From: an uncultured Bacilli bacterium
GTDB taxonomy: Bacteria; Bacillota_I; Bacilli_A; RF39; UBA660
Direction of reading: 5' to 3'
Length of the DNA: 64,000 bases
Assembly (NCBI GenBank): GCA_947623685.1
Contig: CANQHF010000003.1
Coordinates: 7,321 to 71,320, forward strand
Shown here piece after piece: positions 17,785 through 26,747 of the stretch. Under the pieces are notes generated by a model that was not told where the DNA came from, made no database searches, and worked only from the letters and a program-made list of their open reading frames with translations. Numbering within the stretch: position 1 is the stretch's first letter; the number at the start of each line of letters is the position of its first letter. The translations under genes and the position numbers were made by a program.

Positions 17785-18725
17785 TGATTAAATATAGTTT
17801 TATAGTGCCAGTATATAATACTAGTAAATATTTAGATAAATGTCTTAAGTCATTAGTTAATCAAACTTTTAATGACTTCGAAATAATTATCGTTAATGAT
17901 GGTTCTACTGATAATAGTAAAAGTATTATATCTAATTACCAAGAAAAATATAATAATATAAAAGTAATAAACCAAAAAAACGAAGGACTTTCATCCGCAA
18001 GAAATAATGGTGTTAAAAAATCAATTGGTAATTATCTACTTTTTATTGATAGTGATGATTATGTAGAAGAAGATTTGTTAAAAAAAATAGATGAAAAAAT
18101 AGATGATTCTGAAGTATTAAGATATCAAGTTATAACTGAAGATGAAGATGGTAATAACATAAAGATATTTAACGAAAAACCTTTTGATGTCTTAAATGGA
18201 TTTGATGCTTTTAAAGAATTATCTAGTTATCATTTCGTAGAACCATCTTGCTTATATGTATATAAAAAAGATTATTATTTAGATAATAATTTTAAGTTTA
18301 AAATAGGTGTTTATCATGAAGATTATGGACTTATACCATACGTTATTTATAAAGCAAGAAAAGTAAAAAGTATAAGTTACGTAGGATATCATTATGTGCA
18401 AAGAAAAGGAAGCATAATGAATAGTGATAATTATGATAAAGAAGTAAAAAAAGCTTTTGATATGTTAAATCAATATAAGACTTTAAGATTATTTTCAAAA
18501 AACATAAATAAAAAAAATAATTTAGATGATTATTATTTGAGTTACATAACAAATAGTGTAATTGTTAAAGCAAGAAATCTTAAAGGAAAAGAAAAACAAA
18601 AATACATAAATGAGTTAAAAAAAATAAATGCTTTTGATGGAGTATTAGTTAACACTAACATAAGAAAATTAAAAAAGAAATTAATGAAATTAAATTTAAA
18701 CTTATATTTAAAGGTGATTAAATGA
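17781..18725 (+). CDS. glycosyltransferase family 2
   Basis: SFIVPVYNTSKYLDKCLKSLVNQT, DGSTD and DSDD motifs. Overlaps the upstream stop by 4 nt. Confidence 0.85.
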   Translation: MMIKYSFIVPVYNTSKYLDKCLKSLVNQTFNDFEIIIVNDGSTDNSKSIISNYQEKYNNIKVINQKNEGLSSARNNGVKKSIGNYLLFIDSDDYVEEDLLKKIDEKIDDSEVLRYQVITEDEDGNNIKIFNEKPFDVLNGFDAFKELSSYHFVEPSCLYVYKKDYYLDNNFKFKIGVYHEDYGLIPYVIYKARKVKSISYVGYHYVQRKGSIMNSDNYDKEVKKAFDMLNQYKTLRLFSKNINKKNNLDDYYLSYITNSVIVKARNLKGKEKQKYINELKKINAFDGVLVNTNIRKLKKKLMKLNLNLYLKVIK

Positions 18726-19681
18726 AAAAAGTATCAGTAATAGTGCCAGTATATAATACGGAAAAATATTTAAGAAAATGTTTAAATAGTTTGGTTAATC
18801 AAACTTTAGAAGATATTGAAATAATCGTTATCGAAGATAAATCACCTGATAATTCAAATGAAATATTAGATGAATACGAACGAAAATACAAAGATAAAAT
18901 AAAAGTATTTCATAACAAAACTAATAAAGGAATAGGCTATAACAGAAATTTTGGTGTTAAAAAGGCAACTGGAGAGTATATAGCTTTTGTTGATAGTGAT
19001 GATTGGATAGATGAAACAGCATATGAGAAAATGTATAATAAGGCAGTAAAGGAAAATTTAGATTTAGTTTGTTGTGATATAAGAAAAATAAATGATTCAA
19101 AAAAAATAATTGGTTATGAAACCATTAACTATTTTAAATCTTCTAACGTTGAATATAATCCTATGCTACTTTTAGATATTAATCTAGGACCAACTAATAA
19201 ATTGTTTTCAAAAAAAATATTTGATAAAGATACTTTTTTTTCAGAAAATTTAAAATATGAAGACTTATTTGTATTACCAAAACTAATTTGCAAGTCTGAA
19301 AAAATTGGAAAAGTAGATAAAATATATTATAACTATGTAATACATAATAATAGTGAAACAACAACAATGAATGATAAAGTATTTGATGTTTTAAAAGTCT
19401 TAGAAAAGGTAAACAATGATTTTGAAACTTTAAATTACTATAGTAAAATACATCCATATATAGAATGTTTAAATATAAGAACTATATTTAGATATACTTT
19501 GCAGCAAAGATATCAGAAAGATAAAAAAGTTGCAAATGATTTTATAGATAAAGCATTTGATTATTTAAATACGGAATTTCCAAACTGGAAGAAAAATAAA
19601 ATATGGGAAAAAAGAAGTCCAATAAAAAGATTTATAGAAAAAAATAAATTATTAACTAAAATATATTGTTATTTATTTTAA
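18722..19681 (+). CDS. glycosyltransferase family 2
   Basis: SVIVPVYNTEKYLRKCLNSLVNQT, EDKSPD and DSDD motifs. ATGA overlap with the upstream gene. Confidence 0.85.
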   Translation: MKKVSVIVPVYNTEKYLRKCLNSLVNQTLEDIEIIVIEDKSPDNSNEILDEYERKYKDKIKVFHNKTNKGIGYNRNFGVKKATGEYIAFVDSDDWIDETAYEKMYNKAVKENLDLVCCDIRKINDSKKIIGYETINYFKSSNVEYNPMLLLDINLGPTNKLFSKKIFDKDTFFSENLKYEDLFVLPKLICKSEKIGKVDKIYYNYVIHNNSETTTMNDKVFDVLKVLEKVNNDFETLNYYSKIHPYIECLNIRTIFRYTLQQRYQKDKKVANDFIDKAFDYLNTEFPNWKKNKIWEKRSPIKRFIEKNKLLTKIYCYLF

Positions 19682-19693
19682 AAAAATGCTATA

Positions 19694-19732
19694 ACTCCAA
19701 AAAAATCATATTTTTATTGATTTTTTTGGAGT
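19694..19732. repeat. 15-bp perfect inverted repeat (hairpin) between GT genes and ABC exporter genes
   Basis: ACTCCAAAAAAATCA - 9 nt - TGATTTTTTTGGAGT. A second T-run hairpin follows at about 19753-19795. Confidence 0.7.
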
Positions 19733-19844
19733 TGGAGGTATAGTGTAATTATAAAAAGGACATTTACCTTTAAAAATAAATGTTCTTTTTTTATTTTATT
19801 TTATATGTTATAATTATTTATGTGAAAATTATAGAGGTGTATTA

Positions 19845-20657
19845 ATGACAAAAGTAAAGGCAATTTTAGGAAATTTTAAAAGATATTGGTTTTTAATGAC
19901 GCAATTGATAGGAAGAGATTTTAAAGTTAAGTATAAAAGAAGTGTTTTAGGTATTTTATGGAGCTTATTAAATCCTATTCTTATGATGACTGTTATGGCA
20001 GTCGTATTTTCACAAATGTTTAAGTTTAAAGTTGATGGAATAAACTACTTAGTATATTTAATGACTGGTATTATAATGTTTAACTATTTTTCTCAAGCGT
20101 CTAATATGGCTATGACTTCTGTTGTTGAAAATTTCACTTTAATAAATAAAGTATATATACCAAAGTATATTTTTCCGGTTGCTAAATGTTTATTTATTGG
20201 TATAGATTTTTTATTAACTTTAATACCATGGCTTGCAATAATAGGCTTATCTTATTTTGGACTAGGTGAATATACATGTCATTTTAATGTTTATTTTTTA
20301 ATGTTACCATATGTATTTTTATGTATGTTTTTATTTACTGTCGGAATGGGACTACTTCTTTCATGTCTTTCGGTTTTTTTAAGAGACATATGGCATATAT
20401 ATGGGATAGTTTTAACACTATGGAATTACTTAACGCCGGTATTTTATAGTATAGAAATATTACCAACTAAATTACAATTTTTAATGCATTTTAATCCACT
20501 ATATCAATTTTTAAATGCCGCCAGAACCATAGTTTTATATGGTAAATGTCCATCATTAAAAACATTAGGTATCTTAGGATTTATAGGTGTTGGAATGCTT
20601 ATTATAGGTTCTTTAGTGTTTAGAAAAAAACAAGATAAATTTATTTATTATGTTTAG
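19845..20657 (+). CDS. ABC-2 type polysaccharide/teichoic acid export permease (TagG/Wzm-like)
   Basis: Six hydrophobic helices. N-terminal LIGRDFKVKYKRSVLGILWSLLNP is typical of ABC-2 exporters. Confidence 0.85.
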   Translation: MTKVKAILGNFKRYWFLMTQLIGRDFKVKYKRSVLGILWSLLNPILMMTVMAVVFSQMFKFKVDGINYLVYLMTGIIMFNYFSQASNMAMTSVVENFTLINKVYIPKYIFPVAKCLFIGIDFLLTLIPWLAIIGLSYFGLGEYTCHFNVYFLMLPYVFLCMFLFTVGMGLLLSCLSVFLRDIWHIYGIVLTLWNYLTPVFYSIEILPTKLQFLMHFNPLYQFLNAARTIVLYGKCPSLKTLGILGFIGVGMLIIGSLVFRKKQDKFIYYV

Positions 20658-20668
20658 GAGGTAAAATT

Positions 20669-21403
20669 ATGATTAAAATAGATAACGTTTCTATGATGTT
20701 TAATCTTGGAATAGAAAAAGATTTTTCACTTAAGCAGGCGTTCATAAATATTTTTACTAAAAAAAGCAAGAGAAAAAAAGATGAATTTTGGGCATTAAAA
20801 GATGTTAATATTCACGTAGGGAAAGGAGAAGTTGTAGGATTAATTGGAAGTAATGGCGCAGGTAAATCAACCCTTTTAAAAGTAGTAAGTGGTGTTATGA
20901 AACCTACTAAAGGAAAAGTTACTGTAAATGGTGTTATATCTCCTATGATAGAGCTTGGTGCAGGTTTTGATCCTAATTTAACCGCTAGAGAAAATATTTA
21001 TTTAAATGGTGCAATATTAGGTTATTCAAAAAAATTCTTAAATGAAAAGTTTGATGAAATTGTTGAGTTTTCTGAATTAAGAGAATTTTTGGACGTACCA
21101 ATTAAAAACTTTTCTTCTGGTATGACAGCTAAATTAGCTTTTTCAATAGCAACAATTGTTAATCCAGAAATATTAATAGTTGATGAAATTTTATCGGTTG
21201 GAGATATTAAATTTCAAGAAAAAAGTAAGGCAAAAATGATGGAAATGATAAAAGGTGGGACAACTGTTTTATATGTTTCTCACTCTTTACAATCAATTAA
21301 AGATTTGTGCACTAAAGTAGTTTGGATAGAACATGGTAAAGTAATAAAAATAGGGAATACTGAAGAAGTGTGTGATGAATATTACAAGGAACAAATGAAG
21401 TAG
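20669..21403 (+). CDS. ABC exporter ATP-binding protein (TagH/Wzt-like)
   Basis: Walker A GSNGAGKST, signature FSSGM, Walker B ILIVDE. Confidence 0.9.
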   Translation: MIKIDNVSMMFNLGIEKDFSLKQAFINIFTKKSKRKKDEFWALKDVNIHVGKGEVVGLIGSNGAGKSTLLKVVSGVMKPTKGKVTVNGVISPMIELGAGFDPNLTARENIYLNGAILGYSKKFLNEKFDEIVEFSELREFLDVPIKNFSSGMTAKLAFSIATIVNPEILIVDEILSVGDIKFQEKSKAKMMEMIKGGTTVLYVSHSLQSIKDLCTKVVWIEHGKVIKIGNTEEVCDEYYKEQMK

Positions 21404-21411
21404 GAGGATAT

Positions 21412-23205
21412 ATGAAAAAATATATTCATTATTGCTGGTTTGGAGGTAAACCACTTCCTAAATTAACAAAAAAATGTATTAAAAGCTGGAAAAAATATCT
21501 TCCGGATTATGAAATAATCGAATGGAATGAAAATAATGTTGACCTAAATGAATGCCCATTTATAAAAGAAGCTTATGAAAATAAAAAGTGGGCCTTTGTG
21601 GCGGATTATGCAAGAACTAAGGCTATTTATGAAATGGGCGGAATTTATTTTGACACGGATATGTTAATAACAAAAAATATTAATTTTCTTTTAAATAATG
21701 AAACTTTTTTAGGTGTAGAAGACTCTATGATGGTTAACGCTGCTGTTTGGGGAGCATCTAAACCTAAAACTAATTTTTCTAAGAGAATGCTTGATTTTTA
21801 TAAATCACAAGAACACTTTAACGTAGATAATATATATAAAATGAGCATTCCAAGAATAATAACAAAAATATTAGATGAGTATGGTTTTGATCCATCTATA
21901 AACAATGTTCAAGTATTAAATAAAAACATATATGTATATCCAAGAGAATATTTTTATCCGCTATCTTATAATTTTAAGGATAATAAATTTACTGAAAAAA
22001 CATGTATGATTCACTATTTTGATGCAACTTGGATTCCAAAAAACGAACAAATAGAAATGAAACTCATAAGAAAATTTGGTGCTAAACCAGTTGCTTTTTC
22101 CTTAAAAATTTATAGATTTTTAAAGAGAAATATCAAACGTGCATTAAAATTATGTTTATTTCCTGTTTATTTATATATAAGGTATAAAAGAAAAATAAAT
22201 GATGAGTACTTAAAAGATTTAAATAATACGATTGAAGATATCAAAAAAGTAAATAAAGATTATTTAGTGATGCACAATCCAAAATGGCTAGGCGTTACAA
22301 GTGCAACTATTGAACTTTTTTCATCAAGGGTTAGATGTGGTGAACTTTTAAGAAAAAAAGACATTAAAAAAGTAAAAGAAGCAATTTTAAACTCTAATGT
22401 AAAACAAGTTATATTTAGTGCAATGGCTTTGGGTTGGAGTAAGCTTGCTATAGATTTAAAAAAACAAAATCCTGATATTAAAGTAAAAGTTTTTTGGCAC
22501 GGAAGTAATTCACAAGTATCAGAACCATATGGTTGGGCTCGTAACATAGAAATTATAAACTTACATAAAGATGGTATAATTGATGTTTTTGCAATCTGTA
22601 AGGAAAGTATTTTAAATTTTTATAAAAATGAAGGATATAATACGATGCTTGTTAGAAACACCGTGAGATTATCAAAAAAAATAACTGGTAAACCGCCAAA
22701 AGATGAAGTAAAAATAGGAATATATGCTGCTAAAAGTGATGATTGGAGAAAAAATTTATTCGCTCAACTTGCAGCGGCATCATTAATTCCTAACGCAATT
22801 GTTGATATGGTTCCACTAAATCCTGAAGCAAAAATTTTTGCACAGGAAATAGGTTTAAAACTCGTAGGATTAGACAAACCTATTAAAAGAAATGATTTAT
22901 TAAAACGAATGGCTAATAACACCATTAATTTATACGTTACATTTTCAGAATGTGCCCCAATGCTTCCATTAGAAAGCTTTGAAGTAGGTGTTCCATGTGT
23001 TTTTGGTAACAATCATCACTATTTTAAAAATCAAGAACTAGAAAATTATGTCATTGTAAAAAATGAAGAAGATCCTATAGAAATATCAAATCAGATAAAA
23101 AAATGTTTAGATAACAAAAACGAGGTAATGAAATTATATAAAACTTGGAAAAAAGAAAACGATGCTTTATCAAAACAAAGCGTTAATGATTTTCTTAATA
23201 TGTAA
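21412..23205 (+). CDS. two-domain glycosyltransferase: N-terminal DXD sugar-binding (Gly_transf_sug-like) domain plus C-terminal divergent GT-B-like domain
   Basis: N-terminus has KKIHYCWFGG...YFDTDM (DXD). The C-terminal half (from about 22250) is paralogous to the next gene. Confidence 0.6.
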   Translation: MKKYIHYCWFGGKPLPKLTKKCIKSWKKYLPDYEIIEWNENNVDLNECPFIKEAYENKKWAFVADYARTKAIYEMGGIYFDTDMLITKNINFLLNNETFLGVEDSMMVNAAVWGASKPKTNFSKRMLDFYKSQEHFNVDNIYKMSIPRIITKILDEYGFDPSINNVQVLNKNIYVYPREYFYPLSYNFKDNKFTEKTCMIHYFDATWIPKNEQIEMKLIRKFGAKPVAFSLKIYRFLKRNIKRALKLCLFPVYLYIRYKRKINDEYLKDLNNTIEDIKKVNKDYLVMHNPKWLGVTSATIELFSSRVRCGELLRKKDIKKVKEAILNSNVKQVIFSAMALGWSKLAIDLKKQNPDIKVKVFWHGSNSQVSEPYGWARNIEIINLHKDGIIDVFAICKESILNFYKNEGYNTMLVRNTVRLSKKITGKPPKDEVKIGIYAAKSDDWRKNLFAQLAAASLIPNAIVDMVPLNPEAKIFAQEIGLKLVGLDKPIKRNDLLKRMANNTINLYVTFSECAPMLPLESFEVGVPCVFGNNHHYFKNQELENYVIVKNEEDPIEISNQIKKCLDNKNEVMKLYKTWKKENDALSKQSVNDFLNM

Positions 23206-23215
23206 GAGGTGAATC

Positions 23216-24151
23216 ATGAATATTTTAGATATAAACAAAGTTAAAAATAAAGAATATATAGTTTTATTGCCAAAATATGATTATGATATAAAAGATAGTG
23301 TAGAATATTCCTTTGAAAATGTATTTTATCTTGATTATGAGCTTACTAAAGAACATGCTGATATATTAATTGATTTTATTAATAATAAAGCTAAAATGCT
23401 TATATTATTTGATTATGATGAATTTTATAGACAAATTTTACCATATATTAGAAGAACAAAAAAAGTAAAATGGATATACAAAAATTCAATTGCTCAAATG
23501 ACAACAGGAATGGTTAGAGCAACAATAACCAATTTAATGGAATTTTATGATAGAAATATAGTAGACGAAATAGGATGTTTAGATAAATCAACGTATGCTG
23601 TATTTAAAAATTCTGGTTATAGGGTAAAACATATATTATTAGATGCTAATCCTAAAATAAAAAAAGCAAAAAAATCAAATTCAATTGGAGTAATAGGAAA
23701 TGATTATGATCCTAATCATAATACGTATAATCAATTAAGTGCTTTAAAATTAGTTGATTATAATTACGTTAAAATGGTAAAAAGTATGCCTGCAACAGAG
23801 CATTTTATTAACTTCTTTAATATAAAAGAAAAAAAAGTAAATACTTTAAAAGAAGCTATGGAAGATAACTTCGTTAATTTGTATTGTAACTTTACTGGAA
23901 ATAATACTGAATTAATATTAAAAAGTTTAGATATGAATATTCCTTGCATTTTAGGCAACACTAATTTGTTTGATAAATTTCCAAAATTAAAAAAATACTT
24001 AGTATTAGAGAGTGATGATGATATAAACGAGATTGCATATAAAATAAATAATATCAAAGAAAATAAAGAAAATATTGTAAAAGAATATGCTAAGTTTAGA
24101 CAAAAATATTCTTTAGAATCTAAAAGTATAATTGAAAAATTTCTAAAATAA
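23216..24151 (+). CDS. hypothetical protein paralogous to the C-terminal domain of the preceding gene (divergent GT-B-like)
   Basis: Shared blocks: KVKW / IGV-IGI..D / NLYCNFT-NLYVTFS / LKSLDMNIPCILGN-LESFEVGVPCVFGN. Confidence 0.4.
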   Translation: MNILDINKVKNKEYIVLLPKYDYDIKDSVEYSFENVFYLDYELTKEHADILIDFINNKAKMLILFDYDEFYRQILPYIRRTKKVKWIYKNSIAQMTTGMVRATITNLMEFYDRNIVDEIGCLDKSTYAVFKNSGYRVKHILLDANPKIKKAKKSNSIGVIGNDYDPNHNTYNQLSALKLVDYNYVKMVKSMPATEHFINFFNIKEKKVNTLKEAMEDNFVNLYCNFTGNNTELILKSLDMNIPCILGNTNLFDKFPKLKKYLVLESDDDINEIAYKINNIKENKENIVKEYAKFRQKYSLESKSIIEKFLK

Positions 24152-24220
24152 AGGTAATAAGCCTTTATTTTTTATATGATAAAATGTTATAATTTAAATG
24201 TATAAATTTCGGAGGAAAAT

Positions 24221-25399
24221 ATGAAATATGGAGTTTTATGTGCAAAAAATGCAAGTAACATAGGAGACGATATTCAATCTTATGCTTCATCAAGATTTTT
24301 GCCATCTATTGACTATTATATTGAAAGAGAAGAAATAAGTAATTTTAAAAGTAAAAATAATGAGCCAGTTGCTGTTATTATGAATGCGTGGTGGATGTGG
24401 AAAAAATGGAATTGGCCTCCTTCAAAATGTATAATACCTAAATTAATAAGTATGCACTTTACAAGTTGGACTACCGAAAATTGGGGAAGTACTATAAAAC
24501 ATGAAATATTAGATGGTATAGGTAAAGAATATTTAAATAGTTATGGACCAGTTGGATGTAGAGACATGGATACTCTTGCTTTATTAAAAAAACATAATAT
24601 AGATGCATATTTTTCGGGTTGTTTAACTTTAACTTTACCGAAGCAAAAAAAGAAAAAGTTAAAAAAAGAATATGTTTGTGCTGTTGATGTAGATAATTGT
24701 GTAATTGATAAAATAAAATCAACTGTTAATAACAAAGTGGATGTTAAAATAATTGAGCATGATAGGATTACTGATAAAGAAAGAAATGACTGGAATAAAA
24801 GGATGAAAAACGTAGAAGATTTACTAACAACATATCAAAATGCTAAATGTGTTATAACTAGTAGACTTCATGCCGCATTACCATGTTTAGCAATGGAAGT
24901 TCCAGTTTTGTTGGTTCGCGATGGAAATGATTGGGATCGATTTAGACCATATATAGATTTATTACATTTTATGTCGCCTCAAGATTTTTGCAATGGTAAG
25001 TATGATGTTTTAAATCCATTGGAAAACAAAAAAGAATATCTAAGTATTAGATATTCCTTAATTGATTCAATTAAGGAATATCTAAGTATTAGATATTCCT
25101 TAATTGATTCAATTAAGGAATTCATTAAACAAACATCTACTATGAAAAATCAATTGAAAGATATTATAAAAACAAAATATACTGATGAAGATGTTAAAAA
25201 CTGGCAATATGATTTGATGAAAAATGCGCTTGACAAATGGTTTTATAAAAGTAGAGATATGTTAAAAGAATATAATAAAACAATAGATTATTTAAGAAAA
25301 GTAGAAAAAGAAAATAATGATATTAAAAATAGCTCTTCTTGGAAAATTACTAGACCAATTAGAACTTTAAAAGAAAAATTTCAGAAAGTAAAAAAATAA
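24221..25399 (+). CDS. polysaccharide pyruvyl transferase family protein with C-terminal coiled coil
   Basis: NIGDDIQSYA near the N-terminus and SRLHAALPCLAMEVPV near the C-terminus are typical of the PS_pyruv_trans family. Contains an in-frame 14-aa duplication. Confidence 0.6.
   Translation: MKYGVLCAKNASNIGDDIQSYASSRFLPSIDYYIEREEISNFKSKNNEPVAVIMNAWWMWKKWNWPPSKCIIPKLISMHFTSWTTENWGSTIKHEILDGIGKEYLNSYGPVGCRDMDTLALLKKHNIDAYFSGCLTLTLPKQKKKKLKKEYVCAVDVDNCVIDKIKSTVNNKVDVKIIEHDRITDKERNDWNKRMKNVEDLLTTYQNAKCVITSRLHAALPCLAMEVPVLLVRDGNDWDRFRPYIDLLHFMSPQDFCNGKYDVLNPLENKKEYLSIRYSLIDSIKEYLSIRYSLIDSIKEFIKQTSTMKNQLKDIIKTKYTDEDVKNWQYDLMKNALDKWFYKSRDMLKEYNKTIDYLRKVEKENNDIKNSSSWKITRPIRTLKEKFQKVKK
25034..25117 (+). 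repeat. perfect 42-bp tandem duplication inside the pyruvyl transferase gene
   Basis: GAATATCTAAGTATTAGATATTCCTTAATTGATTCAATTAAG occurs twice back to back (25034-25075 and 25076-25117). This gives EYLSIRYSLIDSIK x2. Confidence 0.95.
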
Positions 25400-25418
25400 A
25401 TATTTGAAGGGTGATGTT

Positions 25419-26738
25419 ATGAAAAAATTAAACATAACGTTTTGTAGTTTCCCTGATTTTTCGGGTAATGCTAAAGCTTTATACGAATATATGGTTAAAA
25501 GATATAAAAACAATATGAATTATATTTGGATTGTGTATAATGAATCATCAGTTGAACTGTTAAAATCAAATGGAATAAATGCTATTTTAATAGGAACAGA
25601 TGAGTTTAAGAAATATATTTCAAAGACAGATGTATTTTTTACAACTCAAGGAAATCTTGATGGTGATAAAATAAAAGCTAAAAATTCTATTTATATTGAA
25701 CTATGGCACGGAGTAGGGCCAAAACCAAGTGGTTTTGCACAAAAAAATCCTAGTATAGAAGATATAGAAGGTTATGGTAATATAAGTGAAGTTGTAGATT
25801 ATTTTATAGTACCTAGTGATTTTTGGAAAGTCGTTTGGGGAGCAATATTTAAAGTGGAATTTTCAAGAATAAAATCTTTAGGTATGCCTATATTTGATTA
25901 TTTTATAAATTCTAATGGGAAAGAAAATTTATCAAAGGTTTTAAAATTAGACTTAACTAATTATAAAAAAATTATAGTTTATATGCCAACCTTTAGAAAA
26001 GGTTTTAACCATAATGATATTAATAATTCGTATAATAATGTTTTTAATATAAGAAAAGGATACGATGAAACTAAATTAAATTCTTTTCTAGAAAAAAATA
26101 ATTATTTGTTATGTATAAAATTACATCCTGGAGAATTATCTAAAATTAATATTAAGGAAACAAAAAATATAAAAGTAATATCGGAAGATAATATGATAAA
26201 GCAACAAGTTTCAGTTAATGAAATAATAAATGCTTTCGATTTATTAATAACGGATTATTCTTCAATTGGCACTGAATTTTTATTTTTGAATAGACCTGTT
26301 TTATTTAATATATGTGATATAGAAGAATATAAAAAGAACAGGGGATTATTTTTTGGAAGTGATGACTTTTGGTTTCCGGGACCAAAATTCAAAAATTTTG
26401 ATGAATTAATTGAAGAAATAAAAAAACTATTGACCGATGAAAATTATTATAAAAGTGAGCGAGAAAATAAGAAAAAACTTTGGTTTGGCAATTTAATTGA
26501 TGGCGGATGTGATGAAATTTGTAATTTTCTATTCGAAAATTACAATATTAGTACTAATATTGTAAAATATAAAAGTATTATTCCAAAATTAAAAATGGAT
26601 AATGAAACGTATAAAGGTATTATAAAAGAACAAGAATCTACTATAAAGAAACTGACAGAATCAGATATTAGGTTAAAACAAATAGAACAATCTAAGTCAT
26701 GGAAAATTTTGGAAAAATTAAGGAAAATAGGAAAGTAG
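25419..26738 (+). CDS. CDP-glycerol glycerophosphotransferase (TagB/TagF) family protein
   Basis: ELWHG, YMPTFR and TDYSSIGTEFLFLNRPVLF motifs. Start set to ATG 25419, behind GAAGGGTGA. Confidence 0.8.
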   Translation: MKKLNITFCSFPDFSGNAKALYEYMVKRYKNNMNYIWIVYNESSVELLKSNGINAILIGTDEFKKYISKTDVFFTTQGNLDGDKIKAKNSIYIELWHGVGPKPSGFAQKNPSIEDIEGYGNISEVVDYFIVPSDFWKVVWGAIFKVEFSRIKSLGMPIFDYFINSNGKENLSKVLKLDLTNYKKIIVYMPTFRKGFNHNDINNSYNNVFNIRKGYDETKLNSFLEKNNYLLCIKLHPGELSKINIKETKNIKVISEDNMIKQQVSVNEIINAFDLLITDYSSIGTEFLFLNRPVLFNICDIEEYKKNRGLFFGSDDFWFPGPKFKNFDELIEEIKKLLTDENYYKSERENKKKLWFGNLIDGGCDEICNFLFENYNISTNIVKYKSIIPKLKMDNETYKGIIKEQESTIKKLTESDIRLKQIEQSKSWKILEKLRKIGK

Positions 26739-26747
26739 GTGTATACT

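Noticed and set aside
19694-19732. 15-bp perfect inverted repeat considered as a transposon end or recombinase site.
   Set aside because: It is a single copy, sits in the intergenic gap after a convergently terminated gene block, and is followed by a second T-run hairpin. It is most simply a transcription terminator or RNA stability hairpin.
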